Assembly (NCBI GenBank): GCA_951406725.2
Contig: OX597814.1
Location: 179,614,001-179,678,000, forward strand
Length of the DNA stretch: 64,000 bases
Source: Octopus vulgaris
Lineage: Eukaryota
Reading direction: 5' to 3'
Below are positions 14,201 through 29,159 of the stretch, piece by piece. The notes under the pieces are model-generated. The model was not told where the DNA came from. It did not search any database and saw nothing but the letters and a program-made list of their open reading frames with translations. The position numbers were made by a program, and so were the translations under genes. How positions within the stretch are numbered: the first letter of the stretch is position 1; the number at the start of each line of letters is the position of its first letter.

Positions 14201-14416
14201 GTTACGGCGTCCTTGTCCTGAAGCCATATTTCTCCCGCACAAAAGATGTGATATGAGAGATATCATTGAATAGATATCTGTCAGTACTCTATTTCCAACT
14301 TTATGTAAGTACAAACACACATATGCACATAACTATAGAGGGATAGACAGACAGTCTGACTGACAAACAGACAAATAGATAGACAAACAGATATTCACAC
14401 ACAGACACACGAATAT

Positions 14417-14810
14417 ATCATCATCATTTAATGTCCGCTTTCCATGCTAGCATGGGTTGGACGATTTGACTGAGGTGTGGCGAACCAGACTCCAATCTGA
14501 TCTGGCAGAGTTTCTACAGCTGGATGTCCTTCCTAACGCCAACCACTTCGAGAGTGTAGTGGGTGCTTGCACGTGCCACCGGCACGAGGGCCAGTTTGGT
14601 GGTACTGGCTACGACCACGCTCAAATGGTGCTTTTTATGTGCCACCTGCACAGGAGCCAGTCCAGCGGCACTGGCAACGACCTCGCTCGAATGTTTTTTC
14701 ACGTGTCACCAGCACAAAAGCCAGTAAGGTGACGCAGGTAATGGTGTTTAACGTGCCATCGGCGCGAAGGCCAACTTGTTGCTCTGGTAACGATCTCACT
14801 CGTATGGTAA
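14417..14810 (-). mobile_element. SINE-like repeat with RTE-type (GAT)n tail and internal ~60-bp tandem units
   Basis: Minus strand ends ggacattaaatgatgatgat; four acgtgccacc..gccagt..ggcaacgac units at 14570-14805. Confidence 0.75.
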
Positions 14811-14817
14811 TATATAA

Positions 14818-14920
<103 letters not shown>

Positions 14921-16229
14921 CTGGATCATATCTTCACATTAACTTCTACGATTTTAGAGAAACCGATTTTCACCTGACTTCTGAACTGGTCGTCATTCAA
15001 GTCATACTTCAGAATTATTCAAAATGGTTTATCTTAAAAAAAAAAACTTGAATATATACGATATATACGATATTTGAAAGAACTTCCATTAATTTGCCAA
15101 CACATTACTTATTGTCCAGGCAGATATAATTTATTAATTTCTGTCTATTCTTAAATTGAAATTCAACATAGGAGGTCATTTGTTATGTGTGGTGATGTAT
15201 GTGAAACATCTAGAAGTTCATCTGTCGTATAACATTCAGGTGATATGTTGTTAATTTTATCGGTAGAGAAGATTTGTAAACACCCTGGCAACGTCTAATG
15301 GATAATGCTATAGATCTATAGCAATCTATTTTGTAGCGTGACATGGTTTTCAACAAAGACTGTTTTCCTGTGATTTCCTACGCGAAATCATTCAGTGAAA
15401 ACAATTTCCCGAAGTAAGGTTAGCTATGCTTACCAAATCAACACTTTTGTATCATGATCCATTTCGGTTCAATTTCTTCGTTTCTCCTCATCTTTCTCTC
15501 TATGTCTTTCTACGTCTCGTCCTGTCTTTCTCTCTATCTGTCTGTCTGTCTTTCTTCTCTCTTTCTCCACTTACACTCAGATAAAATGAAGCCACTGACA
15601 TATATATATGAAGATACTCTCGAGCTTACGTTTCCAAGTTAAGTATATATCTGTATGTGTGTATGTGTGCATATGTGTGAGTAATTCTGCGCACTCACAC
15701 ACAGACACACTCACGAAGAAGCACATTATCGGAGATACATTAGTTAGAAACTAACATTTCTTAAAGCTATCACATCATCATTTCAATACTTTCCTCATCT
15801 TATCTTTAGTGCAAACTTATTTCAGTCGTGATTAGTATTGCCGTTTGGTTTTCGCAAGAAGCATGAGCATACTGTTTCGATCGCATTTATTTCTTTCCCG
15901 CATCACATTTTCTGGTCGTTAACGTCACACATCTTTTAAAAACAAGGAAACAGCTTCCCCGTAGTGGCTGATGTCAGTTACAGATTTAGTATATGGAATG
16001 TGAGATTTGTAATAACTGTGTCTATTGATATAGTTTCCGTAACAAATCTGTTTTTCATCAATTGAGATTTATGAAAATTTTATTATTTAATAATATTTTT
16101 CTTTCTATATAATTTTGCTTTGTGTTGTCTGATATATGTTGTAATGGCGTCTTCTCTTAGGTATATCAACAAATGAAAGTCTTGTAGTTTTATGCGTAAT
16201 GTTACTGAATAAGTAAGTATTCAGATTCT

Positions 16230-16619
16230 GGGGAGGCGCAATGGCCCAGTGGTTAGGGCAGCGGACTCGCGGTCATAGGATCGGTTTCGATTCCCAGACC
16301 GGGCGTTGTGAGTGTTTATTGAGCGAAAACACCTAAAGCTCCACGTGTCTCCGGCAGGGGATGGTGGTGATCCCTGCTGTACTCTTTCACCACAACTTTC
16401 TCTCACTCTTACTTCATGTTTCTGTTGTACCTGTATTTCAAAGGGCCGGCCTTATCACTCTCTGTGTCACGCTGAATATCCCCGAGAACTACGTTAAGGG
16501 TACACTTGTCATGGAGTGCTCAGCCACTTACACATTAATTTCACGAGCAGGCTGTTCCGTTGATTCGGATCAAACGGAACCCTCGTCGTCGTAACCGACG
16601 GAGTGCTTCCATCCTATCC
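16230..16619 (+). mobile_element. SINE family A, full length
   Basis: A/B boxes; 11-bp TSD attcagattct at 16219-16229 and 16620-16630. Confidence 0.92.
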
Positions 16620-16949
16620 ATTCAGATTCTATTATTGCATATGAATACATACATTACATCAGCCACCTGATATTCATCTTGATGTCTACTAGCTTGAAGA
16701 ATATAAGATATCTTTACAAAAGAATTTGAAGCATACGTTAGGCAAAAAGAAAATTTTCAGTAGGATTTAATCAAGCGTTTCGCAAGCTGAAATTCTAAAG
16801 AAGTTTTATATTTTACAGCAATGGTTCATATTTGATTACTGAATCAATTACGAGTTGATATAGGTTATATTAGGTTATTCCTCACGTGAAAGCACTGATG
16901 ATTTTGTTGTTTATTTATTTTTGAAAGGTCTTGGAAAAGAGTCCTGTTC

Positions 16950-17722
16950 CCCAGCCCTCCAGGACGGGCCACACCGAAGCATCTAATGCTCCAATTAAAA
17001 TTCTGTAATTCAACACATCCAAGTAAACATAAGCAGAGATAGAACCTCAGATAGTAGACATCTGGGAAGGGTTTGGACATACTGGTTACTATGGAACCTG
17101 AGAAAAATACTATAAGTGACGGGAAGAGATGAAATGATTGAGTACCATGCAGCTGAGTGAATATGGCAGGCGATCAATTTACTCTGAGGAGAATGGACAA
17201 CTGTTGTATCGGTAAACATGCAGAGAGAGAGAGAGAGAGAAATAGAGAGAGCATATTACTGGGCTGATTGGTGGGAACAAAAACCTCTGCATGGCAAATA
17301 TGTGGCCCGTAGCAAACAAGCTGATGTAGACCAGAAGGACACCCTTCAGTGGCTAAGAATCTCAGGCTAAAGGCAGAGAGTGAAAGCTTTTTCTTGACTG
17401 CCCAAGATCAGAGCTTATTGACCCGGAATGAGGAAAAATGGTGTAGACCCCAAGTGCCGATACTGGGAGAGAAGCAGTCGACCACCTATTCACTGCATGT
17501 AAGGGTTTTGCACCTGTAGAGTACAAATCAAGACATGACAGAGTTGGCCAATATCTACATTGGATAATGTGTCGGCATTATAAAATCAAAACTGCTGAGA
17601 AATGGTATAAGCACCACCCTGAGACTGTAACTTAAGGAGGAAATGTAAGTATTTTTGGGGACTTGTCAGTATGTACAGATCGGACTATCAAGGCAAATAA
17701 TCCAGATATTGTTGTAAAAGAC
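16950..17722 (+). mobile_element. Degraded R4/Dong LINE fragment, inverted relative to the 17826-19397 copy
   Basis: Similar to the reverse complement of 18290-19100 (KPLHGKY, DQSLLTRN, RHDRVGQYLHW, TDRTIKANNPDIVVKD). Confidence 0.85.
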
Positions 17723-17825
17723 AACGGTTTTTGTGTGTTTCTTAAACGGCTTATAAACACCTTCCACGCTGCAAAAAAAATATCATTATTGTTGTTGTTA
17801 TCATTATTATTATTATTATTATTAC

Positions 17826-19397
17826 TTTTTTTCTTCTTTCAAATTTTCTTCCATTTCTTGCCGAGTGTCTTCCCGACTCCTAGGGCAAAGAAACTCATAG
17901 TGTATATTGGTAGGCCATTAAACCAAACTCAGTAGTTCGTTCATTTTTTTTTTTTTTTAAAGTTAAATTAAAATACATGAGCAGCAACAGTTCTCACATC
18001 GACAATGCTCTTCTCAATACGTGTGATGTACCAGTTAAGACAATCTTTTGCACTTCTTGCAGGGATGGTAAGCCAGGGATCATTCTCATATAATTTTCGG
18101 TTCCCTTCTTGATCATTCCTAGTGCTCCTACGATCACTGGTATTGTAACCGCCTTGAGATGCCACATTTTCTCAATTTCAATGAGTAGGTCTTTATATTT
18201 TCTGAGCTTGTCAAACTCTTTCGCTGAGATATTATGATCACAGGGGATGCTCATGTCGATCAATAAGCAAACTTTATTGTTTTGGTCTTTCACAACAATA
18301 TCTGGTTTATTGGCCTTGATGGTTCGGTCTGTATGTACTGGAAAGTCCCACAGAATGGTTACATTTTCTCCTTCAGTTACAGCCTCAGGGTGGTGATTAT
18401 ACCACTTGTCGGCAGTTTTGATATTGTAATGCCGACTTATTAGCCAGTGGAGATATTGGCCAACTCTGTCATGTCTTAATTTATACTCCACTGGTGCTAA
18501 GACTTTACATCCAGAGATTAAGTGGTCCACTGTTTCAATCATGTCGTTGCAGAATCGGCATTTTGGGTCTGCTCCAGTTTTCATCACATTGGCCTGGTAG
18601 TTCCGGGTTAATAGGCTTTGGTCTTGAGCAGCCAGGATGAAACCTTCGCTCTCTGCTTTTAGCCCTGAGCTCCGCAGCCACTGATGGATTTGCTTCTGGT
18701 CAACATCAGCTTGTTTGCTGCGGGTCACATATTTTCCGTGCAGAGGTTTCTCCTCCCACCTATCAGCCAATTGCTCGTGTGCTTTTTTCATTGCCATCAT
18801 TTTCACCTTCTTTGCAACAATAGTTGCCGTACTTCACTCGGGTTGTTCAGTTTGGGTATCCTGCACGAGATCAATAGCAAATTTTTTGCTTTCCTTGATG
18901 ATAGAATGAAGCTTCTTTCGTCTCTCGTGATTTTCCACGAGCTTTAGCATCCAGTCATTCGATATTTCGAGATATTTGGCCAGTCCAATTGTGGTTGTTT
19001 TGTAAGCTAGTTCAAATTGGATCAGGCCTCGACCTCCTTGGGCTCTGGGAAGGTAAAGGCGATCTACGTCTGCCTTTGGGTGGTGCATCCTATTACAACT
19101 CAGCAGCTTGCGTATTTTTCTATCTATATTCTTTACTTCACTCATATTCCAGTTCAACACATTGTAGCTATAAGTAACAACTGGAACTGCTAAGGAATTT
19201 ATAGCTAACACCTTGTTACGTGCATTTAGTTCAGATTTCAGGACTGCACGAACTCTCCTATAACATTCCTTCCTGATTTTCTCTTTCATGCTTGCATGCT
19301 GAATACCAGAGCCTTCATTTATCCCTAAATATTTGTATGTCTGTTCTTGCTCAAGCTCTCTTATGACTGTGTCAACATCTATTACTGTGTCAACATC
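17826..19397 (-). mobile_element. 5'-truncated R4/Dong-clade non-LTR retrotransposon (RT thumb, CCHC, restriction-like endonuclease)
   Basis: YKYLGI, DRLYLPRAQGGRGL, CRFC..ETVDHLISGC, RHD, KPDIVV..LIDMSIP, K..KY, PVIVGALG; one in-frame TGA at 18834-18836; (TTA)n on both sides. Confidence 0.95.
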
Positions 19398-19479
<82 letters not shown>

Positions 19480-19482
<3 letters not shown>

Positions 19483-19774
19483 TAGTTTTATTTTTATAGC
19501 GTGCTTTCACTTCACTACCGAGCGCAGCTCTGTGTGCCTTGGGTATGTGCTGTGATTTGTTGTGATGCTCTGATGGTTATTGTATGGAAAGTGTTCTGCG
19601 TAGGATGTTTGCAGTGCCTAGTAGTGCAATTTTCTGTATGTTATATGTGTTTGTAAGTCCTGGTGTTTTTGTTATGTATTTGTCTGAATATTTTTTTATC
19701 ATGCCTAATGCACCTACTATGATAGGAATTGTTTCTGTTTTCAGGTTCCACATTCTAGTTACCTCTATTTCCAG

Positions 19775-19776
<2 letters not shown>
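19480..19776 (-). mobile_element. 3' fragment of a second R4/Dong subfamily within (TTA)n
   Basis: EIEVTRMWNLKTETIPIIVGALGMIKK...IQKIALLGTANILRRTLS plus 3' UTR. Confidence 0.88.
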
Positions 19777-19851
<75 letters not shown>

Positions 19852-19868
19852 CATTATTGTTGTTGTTA

Positions 19869-19944
<76 letters not shown>

Positions 19945-21599
19945 CATTATTATTATTCCATCGAGGTCGGCTTTGTCTTTCATGTTTTCGGTGTCGGTAA
20001 AATAAGGATTTTCATTAGAATACGAAGATCGTCTATTTTCGTTTAGCCTACTTGAACTTGGTTGCTTCATTGTTTGAGGCGGATTGAATGTATGAAGGCA
20101 AAACGGGGCCAACACTATCAGAAACGAGGGAAGCAGATGGATTAATATACCTAAGGACATCACTAAAGAAACATGTCTCGTCTGTAACTAAAGCTGCTCA
20201 TCAACTATTGCGATTATAGCTATCCAACGATTTACAAATGACGAGATGGTCATTAACAGACACGATGGGCAGACTTAAGCTATTTATGTAGAGTGTGATA
20301 ATGTACATGTGTTGCTCTGTGTTTGCCACCGTTTATACGCGAGTCTGCATTATATAAGCATTCTGTTGATAGGAGATGTTTCTATAAAAACTTTATATTT
20401 ATTATTCAGTCGGAAAAAGCTATTATTATCATAACTGTTAGGGCATATTCCTATTTTATATCGTGAAGTTTTGTTTCATACCTGTGAATAATGCATAAGC
20501 TATTTCATAAATAACTTTTGAAATAAAATACAAACGAAAATATATTTAGAATTTTTTTTTTCTATGTGTGCGTATGTATCTGTGAATGTGTATACCATGC
20601 CTTATCGTTGTCTATTTAATATCATTCTTGCGAATCCAAGACATACATTTATATAAAATATTATATTTACACTTTATCATAATTACAACTCTGAAATTAC
20701 ATTTTTTATGGTGAAATATGGCTTTATGAGTTCATATTTCATTTTGGAAATAAAATAAAGGGAAAACGGTTTTTATACGTAATATTGTTTTCAATCTTAA
20801 TTGGGTTTTGTTTTTTTTATAAAATATTTATATTATTTTTCAGTTCTTGTTATTTTACGCTCACTGGCTAATACACGATAATTACACAAAATATGCCATT
20901 ATTCTTGGCACAGACCCGAATAATCAAAAGTTGTAAATATTGAAGCAACAGTAAATTCAATTATTGTTATAATTTTTCGCAATAAAAACAGATTCTTTAG
21001 CTTGCAATGATCTGAAAATATTCCTCTTTAGTTTAAATTTAATTATTTTAAAAAATGTGCATTTTAAATTACTTTACTGAATCAATATTCTGTTCTGGAT
21101 AATAATTCTCAACAGATTCTACAGTTTTCAACAGTCAAAATAAGGTGTTCTGTTTATTTTATTCAGTTTCAAAGAAAAATCATCGTGTTCTAATTTTCAG
21201 TCTTCATTAATACAGATCGATGTTGGATATCATTTTCAAGTTTTCATTATTACGTTCCGTATTAAATAGATTTTTGGCACATTTTATAAATGCTATTCAT
21301 TTGATGTACACTGCATTTAAAACGATTCCCACAACTGATACCAAGCTTACATTTCGATAAAATGTTGAGCTTCATTGTTTCTTCATGGAGCTCTGGAAAT
21401 TATGTGTTTTCCACTTACGATAAAACAGCAGTAAATAAAAATAATCCATAGGAGGTTTTATTCAGTATAATACTTTTAAAATATAGGAAAGACAACTCAT
21501 ATGAATATTTCCAGTATAACAATATAGTTAATTAACTAATGAGAGTGTTGGTTCCGTTCATCGACTTCAGAAAATTCACCCAATTTTTAATTTTTCATT

Positions 21600-22430
21600 A
21601 CTATTGTTTTACTTCTCAGAATGCTCGGTCTTGTTTGCTCTGGTTGATTCTGTGAGAGCAGATAGTAGCCTGTTGTCAGAGGTCTCACAGGGTCTCTTTC
21701 CGCGCATTATAAGCTTTGATGATTGGTTGTTAATTATCCTGGAAGACATTCAACATCCAAGCATCAATCACAAAATCCTAGCTGTCTCCAGCAGTGCAGT
21801 TTTTTCTTCTTCTGATCGCATGTCAATTCCGATTTCTCTGACATATTTCTCGAACTTGGTTGTTAGTGCTCCGAGTGCCCCTACAACTACTGAGATGACA
21901 GACATCCTCCTCATTGTCCACATTCTTGCAATTTCGTCTTTTAGTAGTGTGTACTTATCAATCTTTTCGATTTCGATTAGCAGATCCTTATATTTTCTGA
22001 GCTGTATGATCCAGCATCGTTTGCTATCTTTCTAAATTAATACTATGACTGACTTCCTCTTCTCTATCTCATAGTCGCACTGAATCATAAAATCCCATAG
22101 GATCTTTGCATTATCATTTTCGATTATGCCTTCAGGTTCATGTTCGTACCACTTTTTTGCTCTGTCAAGTCCATACTTGTTGCAAAGTTTCAAATGGACA
22201 ATCCTTGCTATATTGTCAGGACGTCTCTTATATTCTTTCTGGGCTAGTGGTGTACATTGAATGGTAATATGCCATACCGTTTTCCCATTTTCTCCACAGA
22301 TTCTGCGCTTATCACTTTTTGTGTTGTCCATTCTGTATTTGACGTAGTTGTTTCTTCATGCCTGCTCTTATCTGCTTCATGACCTCTCCCGACGGTATCG
22401 CTGGCCCGTCCATACATTTGATTTTGCCTA
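21600..22430 (-). mobile_element. Degraded R4/Dong LINE 3' fragment (third subfamily)
   Basis: RICGENGKTVWHITIQCTPLAQKEYKRRPDNIARIVH...ENDNAKILWDFMIQCD; VVGALG. Confidence 0.85.
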
Positions 22431-22467
22431 TCTATTATTATTACTATGATTATTATTATTATTATTA

Positions 22468-23024
22468 TGTGAGAGAGCAGTGCATGCCATCAAAGTGACA
22501 CTGGGGTAAAATATACGAAGCCCAATATACCCATCATGACTACCCGTCTGATAAAGGTACACCAGGCACATGCATCACAACCATATGTGCGCGACATGGT
22601 GATCTCATATCAAGATAAACAGCACATGACCTTGCAGGTGGGGCCCAGTTAGAATTTTCTTCAGGTTGAGTAGCCCATCCCGCCCAAAAGGTCCCTGAAT
22701 AAGGGTTGTTTAAGGATGTTGAAAGAACCACCCATGTTTCCAGAGGTGAATTATTCAAACTCCAAAGAATCCCTCTCAACACATAGCTATGATGCTCCCC
22801 CACTACTTCTGCTCGTGATCAGAGATGCACATATCGTCAGCCACTAAGGGACATGCTCAACTGGTTAAAGTCAAACAACTGACAAGCAAATCTGTGGTAT
22901 TGAGCAGAATATTTGGTGTAGCCCATCTTTTATACCAAGACAAAACAATGTACATGATAACACTTCCAATCAGTTAAGATTAGAAGCCATGAGAGCCACT
23001 GCCTGGTACTGCATCAGGGCATAG
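22468..23024 (-). mobile_element. ~555-bp non-coding repeat (family D) within (TTA)n
   Basis: Near-identical to 35819-37125 (tandem) and 45208-45528; no ORF. Strand inferred from target polarity and G-U hairpins. Confidence 0.85.
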
Positions 23025-23030
23025 ATACTG

Positions 23031-23172
<142 letters not shown>

Positions 23173-23439
23173 ATTATTCTCTCCCAAGTGTTGATTTGGC
23201 ACAATCTTTAGAGCATCGGGAAACTGCTTTGTGGTACTTGTTTGGGCTCTTAACATACCTCGTTCAAATTCAGCTGCTTAAAAAAAGGCACGGAAGAAAA
23301 GCTTCTCCCCCTAGTTTTACTGCATTACTGCTGACCTAGCGATGTCTAGCAATAGTAACAACAAAACGAAAATACTCAACGCACAATTTCAGGATTTTAT
23401 ATTATTTATGCTGAGGAAGTAAAAGATTAAATTATAGTG

Positions 23440-24383
23440 ATTGTGACATTTTCAGGTTCACACGTGCAGGTAACATTGATGTATTTGAAATTCAGTATGT
23501 CAGTATCTTAACATCGGCAGATAAAATTTGTGCTTTGAGAGACATGATAACAATTTGGAAATGCAAATTAAAAGAAGGAAATTTTGATATGCGCTTTCCA
23601 CAACTTGTGAGTGCGAGCTAAAATGTGAGATCAACTTGATAATTGTTGACCAGTTAACATTGCTTAGAGAAAAAAATTGATTATTATTATTATCGAAATA
23701 TTGAAATTCAAAACTACGATTGGATCAGAAATCCATTTCTAGCAACTGTAACGATTGATTTTTCACTTACCAAAGAAGAACTCGCCGAAATCAAGAATGA
23801 TCGGTGTCTGTTACTGATTTACGAAGAGGGGAACTTCCAGAACGTTTAGATTCGTGTTTCAAAGAAAGATCCAAACCTAGCTAAAAAGCTTTACAAATTA
23901 TTTTACAAATTTCAACTACAGCATCTTTTCAGCTATACTACACTTTATAAAGACATCGAAACGTGGAAAATTGAAAATGCTTGATAGTGAAATGCGTGTA
24001 TCATTATCTACTATTCCACCTAATATCCAGAATCTCAGCTCTTCCCATTATTCTCATGTATCTCACTTAAATAGTAAGATATAGAAGTTTTTATTAATAT
24101 TCGCACATATTTACAGATTATTATTGATAAATGATAACTCTTGAAAACGTATTTTATTTTGTTTATAAATTATATATTTATAAAATAAATGTAAATGAAT
24201 AGGGTTTTCTCGATAAGTTCCGTTATTGAAATTCATTTACGCATCTACATCTTATAGTCATGGTAGAACATTAAAATTAAAATAATTAACGCCAGGTTCA
24301 CATAAAACTTTATTCGTGTATCGCTAAAGTATGTTTTTAAGAAGTGTGTCACTAACCGGAAGACTTTGAAAAATGCTGGTCTA
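23440..24383 (+). mobile_element. Degraded hAT (Charlie/Buster-type) transposon, 3' part
   Basis: DKICAL..IWKCKLKEGNFDM, YDWIRNPF, EELAEIKND, EMRVSLSTIPPNI..HVSH*; TIR-like tttgaaaaatgctg near 24365-24378. Confidence 0.7.
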
Positions 24384-24440
24384 AAACAATACACAAAGAG
24401 GGTCTATAATTGAACCGTGTTCCACTTTCTTACATCGAGT

Positions 24441-24515
<75 letters not shown>

Positions 24516-24517
<2 letters not shown>

Positions 24518-25509
24518 TTACCCGTCCTAGATACTGAGCTATGGATGGAAGACGCTATGGTTAATGGTACCATTAAACCATGTATACTCCACTCACACTA
24601 TCAGAAACCGATGGCTAATCCACTAGTAATCCGTAGTGACTCAGCTATGTCGGATACTGCCAAACTCAACATCCTAGTGGCAGACTTAGTTAGAGTAATG
24701 AGGAATGTATCACCACTATGCCAACCACAAGAACGACAACAACACATCCAGCACTACATATTCCGAATGCAACGCTCCGGATACACACAAGACGATAGAG
24801 TCAGGGTGTACAAAGGAGCGAAAGCTAGATTCGAACGCATTCTAGGGAACGACGAAAACGGTATATGCCCCCTGTACCGCAACAAGTTCTGGAATAGGTT
24901 AGAGAGGGACACCAACAAAAAGATGAGAAACGTTACTTGGTACGATAACAGGAGATTTCATGGAGTGATGTTCGTTGACGCCACACCTAAGAACGAGCTA
25001 AGTAAAGCATTCAAGAAAGTCCTGCGCACTACGGGCCTAAAAGTTAAAGTTGTAGAAAAGACAGGTAGGACTATCAAATCGGCATTATGCAGATCATATC
25101 CATTTGATAGAATCACCTGTCAGAGTAATTGTGCAGTGTGTTCGACAAATCCACACGTAAATTGTAAAACCAAGGGCACTGTATACCAGATTAAGTGCCA
25201 GGAGGAGCTTGCGCGGCTAACCCGGAATCATACATAGGTGAGACCTCTAGAAGCATCAATGATAGGTTCAAAGAACACCTGGACAACTACATTGAAAGGA
25301 AGCCAAACTCCATCTTCTACCAACATGCTGTAGACTGCCACAAGGGATCCTTAGTGGAGCTTAAGTTGAACATCCTATCTACACATCCCACCGATGCAAT
25401 GTTGAGACAGGTCACAGAAGCTGTTTGTATACAAGAATACAAACCTACTCTCAACCGAAAGTCCGAATGGAATAACATCCAGATCCCATTCAGAAGGACT
25501 ATTCTATAA
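24516..25509 (+). mobile_element. 5'-truncated Penelope-like element (RT thumb, Zn knuckle, GIY-YIG; Naiad-like), one frameshift near 25200
   Basis: LPVLD, HYQKPMAN..SA, SGY, C..NCAVC...NCKTKGTVYQIKC / C....YIGETSRS..RFKEH...RQVTEAVCI...LNRKSEW; abuts (AT)n at 24444-24515. Confidence 0.92.
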
Positions 25510-26479
25510 CCACCCCTCTCTCTCTCTCCCTTTCACCTGTAGTCCTTACATACAGGTTGCAATGCGTATGTGCAGTTATATACAATGGTATGAGCAGACG
25601 TTGTTTGATACGAACAGTTGCACCTAGGCGTTGTATCCATTCACGGTTAGACGATGATGAGAGGAACAAACACACACCCACACACATATATATATGTGTG
25701 TGTGCGTCTATACAAACATATATGTAAATATGTATACAACCTTCAGCAAAGTAACAGTCATGTACACAACTTGGACGGACACATGCCAGTACACGGACAT
25801 ACGTTCACATACACATACACATGTACACACTCTCACGGACACATCTGCCCATTCTCCTAGACACTCACATACATACGTAGCACATGAATACAAACATACA
25901 TACATACATACCTACGTATGGGCATACACACGTACATACGCACGTACATGTACACACACACATACATGGGCACATGCATACGAGCGCGTATACATACATA
26001 CGCACATGCGTACGTATGCATACATACATACATACATACATACATACATACATACATACATACATACATACATACATACATACGCACATACATACATACA
26101 TACGAACAATAGTAAAACACTAGTTCTGTGATATAGAGATAAAAATCTGATAATAGATTTTAGGGTATAGTTCTTGTGAGCAAGCGTCATAAATTCACTT
26201 TCTAGCCTCGGCCGTAGGGAGTTGAAATTTGATAGCGTTGTGATGAGTGGTCACTCTACATCCATCCATCGCTACAGGTTTATAACTTTATGTTTTATAG
26301 AGTGTATGTGCGTGCTTATACACACACATACATACATACATACATACATACATACATACATACATACATACATACATACATGCATACACAGGCGTATGTG
26401 CGTACATGCATACGTACATACATACACACATGTATGCATACATACACACATACATACGTACATATATATGACGAACTAA

Positions 26480-26695
26480 CTGTTACTTTCTTAGATGCAG
26501 CACGGACTTTGTCTGTGAACAGGTCGCGGATTTTAGCGACGAAAATATTTTGACAAATTAAACTTAAATGTTGGAGTGAATCGAACGGCTTTTGTGTGTT
26601 TCTTAAATGGCTTATAAACACCTTCCACGCTGCAATTGTTTTCGTTTCAGCACACGATCTCAGATCAAATTACTTGCTATGCGAGTACATCTCCG

Positions 26696-26698
<3 letters not shown>
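26480..26698. repeat. Unclassified interspersed repeat
   Basis: aacggcttttgtgtgtttcttaaatggcttataaacaccttccacgctgcaa also occurs at 17723-17774. Confidence 0.6.
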
Positions 26699-26744
<46 letters not shown>

Positions 26745-26771
26745 CATATATATGCTCATATATATATATAA

Positions 26772-26812
<41 letters not shown>

Positions 26813-26993
26813 CATATATATGCTCATATATATATATATAAATATACATATATAAATATATATATATATATATCACAATCAAGGAACGGCCATAATAGGC
26901 CATTCACCCACTAGAAATAACAGCCAAAGCTTCAACCGCAAAATAACATTAATTCCGTAAACCAGGAGAAAATTAAAAAACATTTACCCTGTA

Positions 26994-27100
26994 ATTTCTT
27001 ATACGATGCACCGTTTCATCTACTGTTTAATGGTAAACTAACCTGATTAAATTAAATCAAGTCAATCTTCCATAGGCCCTTAGATTCGTCAGTAAGAAAT
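26994..27100 (-). ncRNA. Type I hammerhead ribozyme
   Basis: Reverse-complement copy of 27607-27713. Confidence 0.88.
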
Positions 27101-27606
27101 AGCCAGATCGGAACAGATATTTTCACGAGGCATTTCTGTCCCTGCCTCGGCAATATCTGACCTAAAATTTTCAAATCATCGCACTCGCGCCAAATTTATC
27201 GGCAGCAAATAAATATAAGCCGCCAATTCCATTACGGAATTAACCAGAAAATTCATAATTAATCAATATAGGGTGGCAAAAAAAATTTTGTAGAATTTTT
27301 TTGCCACCAGCGGCCTAGTGGGAAAAAATTAAATAGTCATACACCATTTTTAAGTTCAACATCACAATCAAGGAACGGCCATACTAGGCCATTCACCCAC
27401 TAGAAATAACAGCCAAAGCTTCAACCGCAAAATAACATTAATTCCGTAAACCAGGAGAAAATTAAAAAACATTTACCCTGTAATTTCTTATACGATGCGC
27501 GAGTGCGATGATTTGGCGCGAGTGCGATGATTTGAAAATTTTAGGTCAGATATTGCCGAGGCAAGGGACAGAAATGCCTCGTGAAAATATCTGTTCCGAT
27601 CTGGCT

Positions 27607-27713
27607 ATTTCTTACTGACGAATCTAAGGGCCTATGGAAGATTGACTTGATTTAATTTAATCAGGTTAGTTTACCATTAAACAGTAGATGAAACGGTGCA
27701 TCGTATAAGAAAT
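27607..27713 (+). ncRNA. Type I hammerhead ribozyme with extended stem II
   Basis: atttctta-CUGACGA-atcta-[58-nt insert]-tagat-GAAA-cggtgcatcg-UA^taagaaat; 8-bp stem I; predicted cut after 27705. Confidence 0.88.
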
Positions 27714-27933
27714 TACAGGGTAAATGTTTTTTAATTTTCTCCTGGTTTACGGAATTAATGTTATTTTGCGGTTGAAGCTTTGGCTGTTATTTCTAGTGGG
27801 TGAATGGCCTATTATGGCCGTTCCTTGATTGTGATGTTGAACTTAAAAATGGTGTATGACTATTTAATTTTTTCCCACTAGGCCGCTGGTGGCAAAAAAA
27901 TTCTACAAAATTTTTTTTGCCACCCTATATTGA

Positions 27934-29137
<1,204 letters not shown>

Positions 29138-29159
29138 AAATGGAAATCTTATATTATCT

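Noticed and set aside
18834-18836. In-frame TGA in the R4/Dong ORF as selenocysteine or readthrough
   Set aside because: It falls in a variable linker rather than a Cys position and no SECIS was seen; a nonsense mutation is simpler.
22780-23024. HDV-like ribozyme at the family D terminus
   Set aside because: I could not build P1/P1.1/P3 with a catalytic C by eye; an RNArobo-type search is needed.
25510-26300. SECIS or HHR downstream of the Naiad-like ORF
   Set aside because: The ATGA motifs lack the helix, AA loop and GA geometry, and I found no CUGANGA/GAAA pair.
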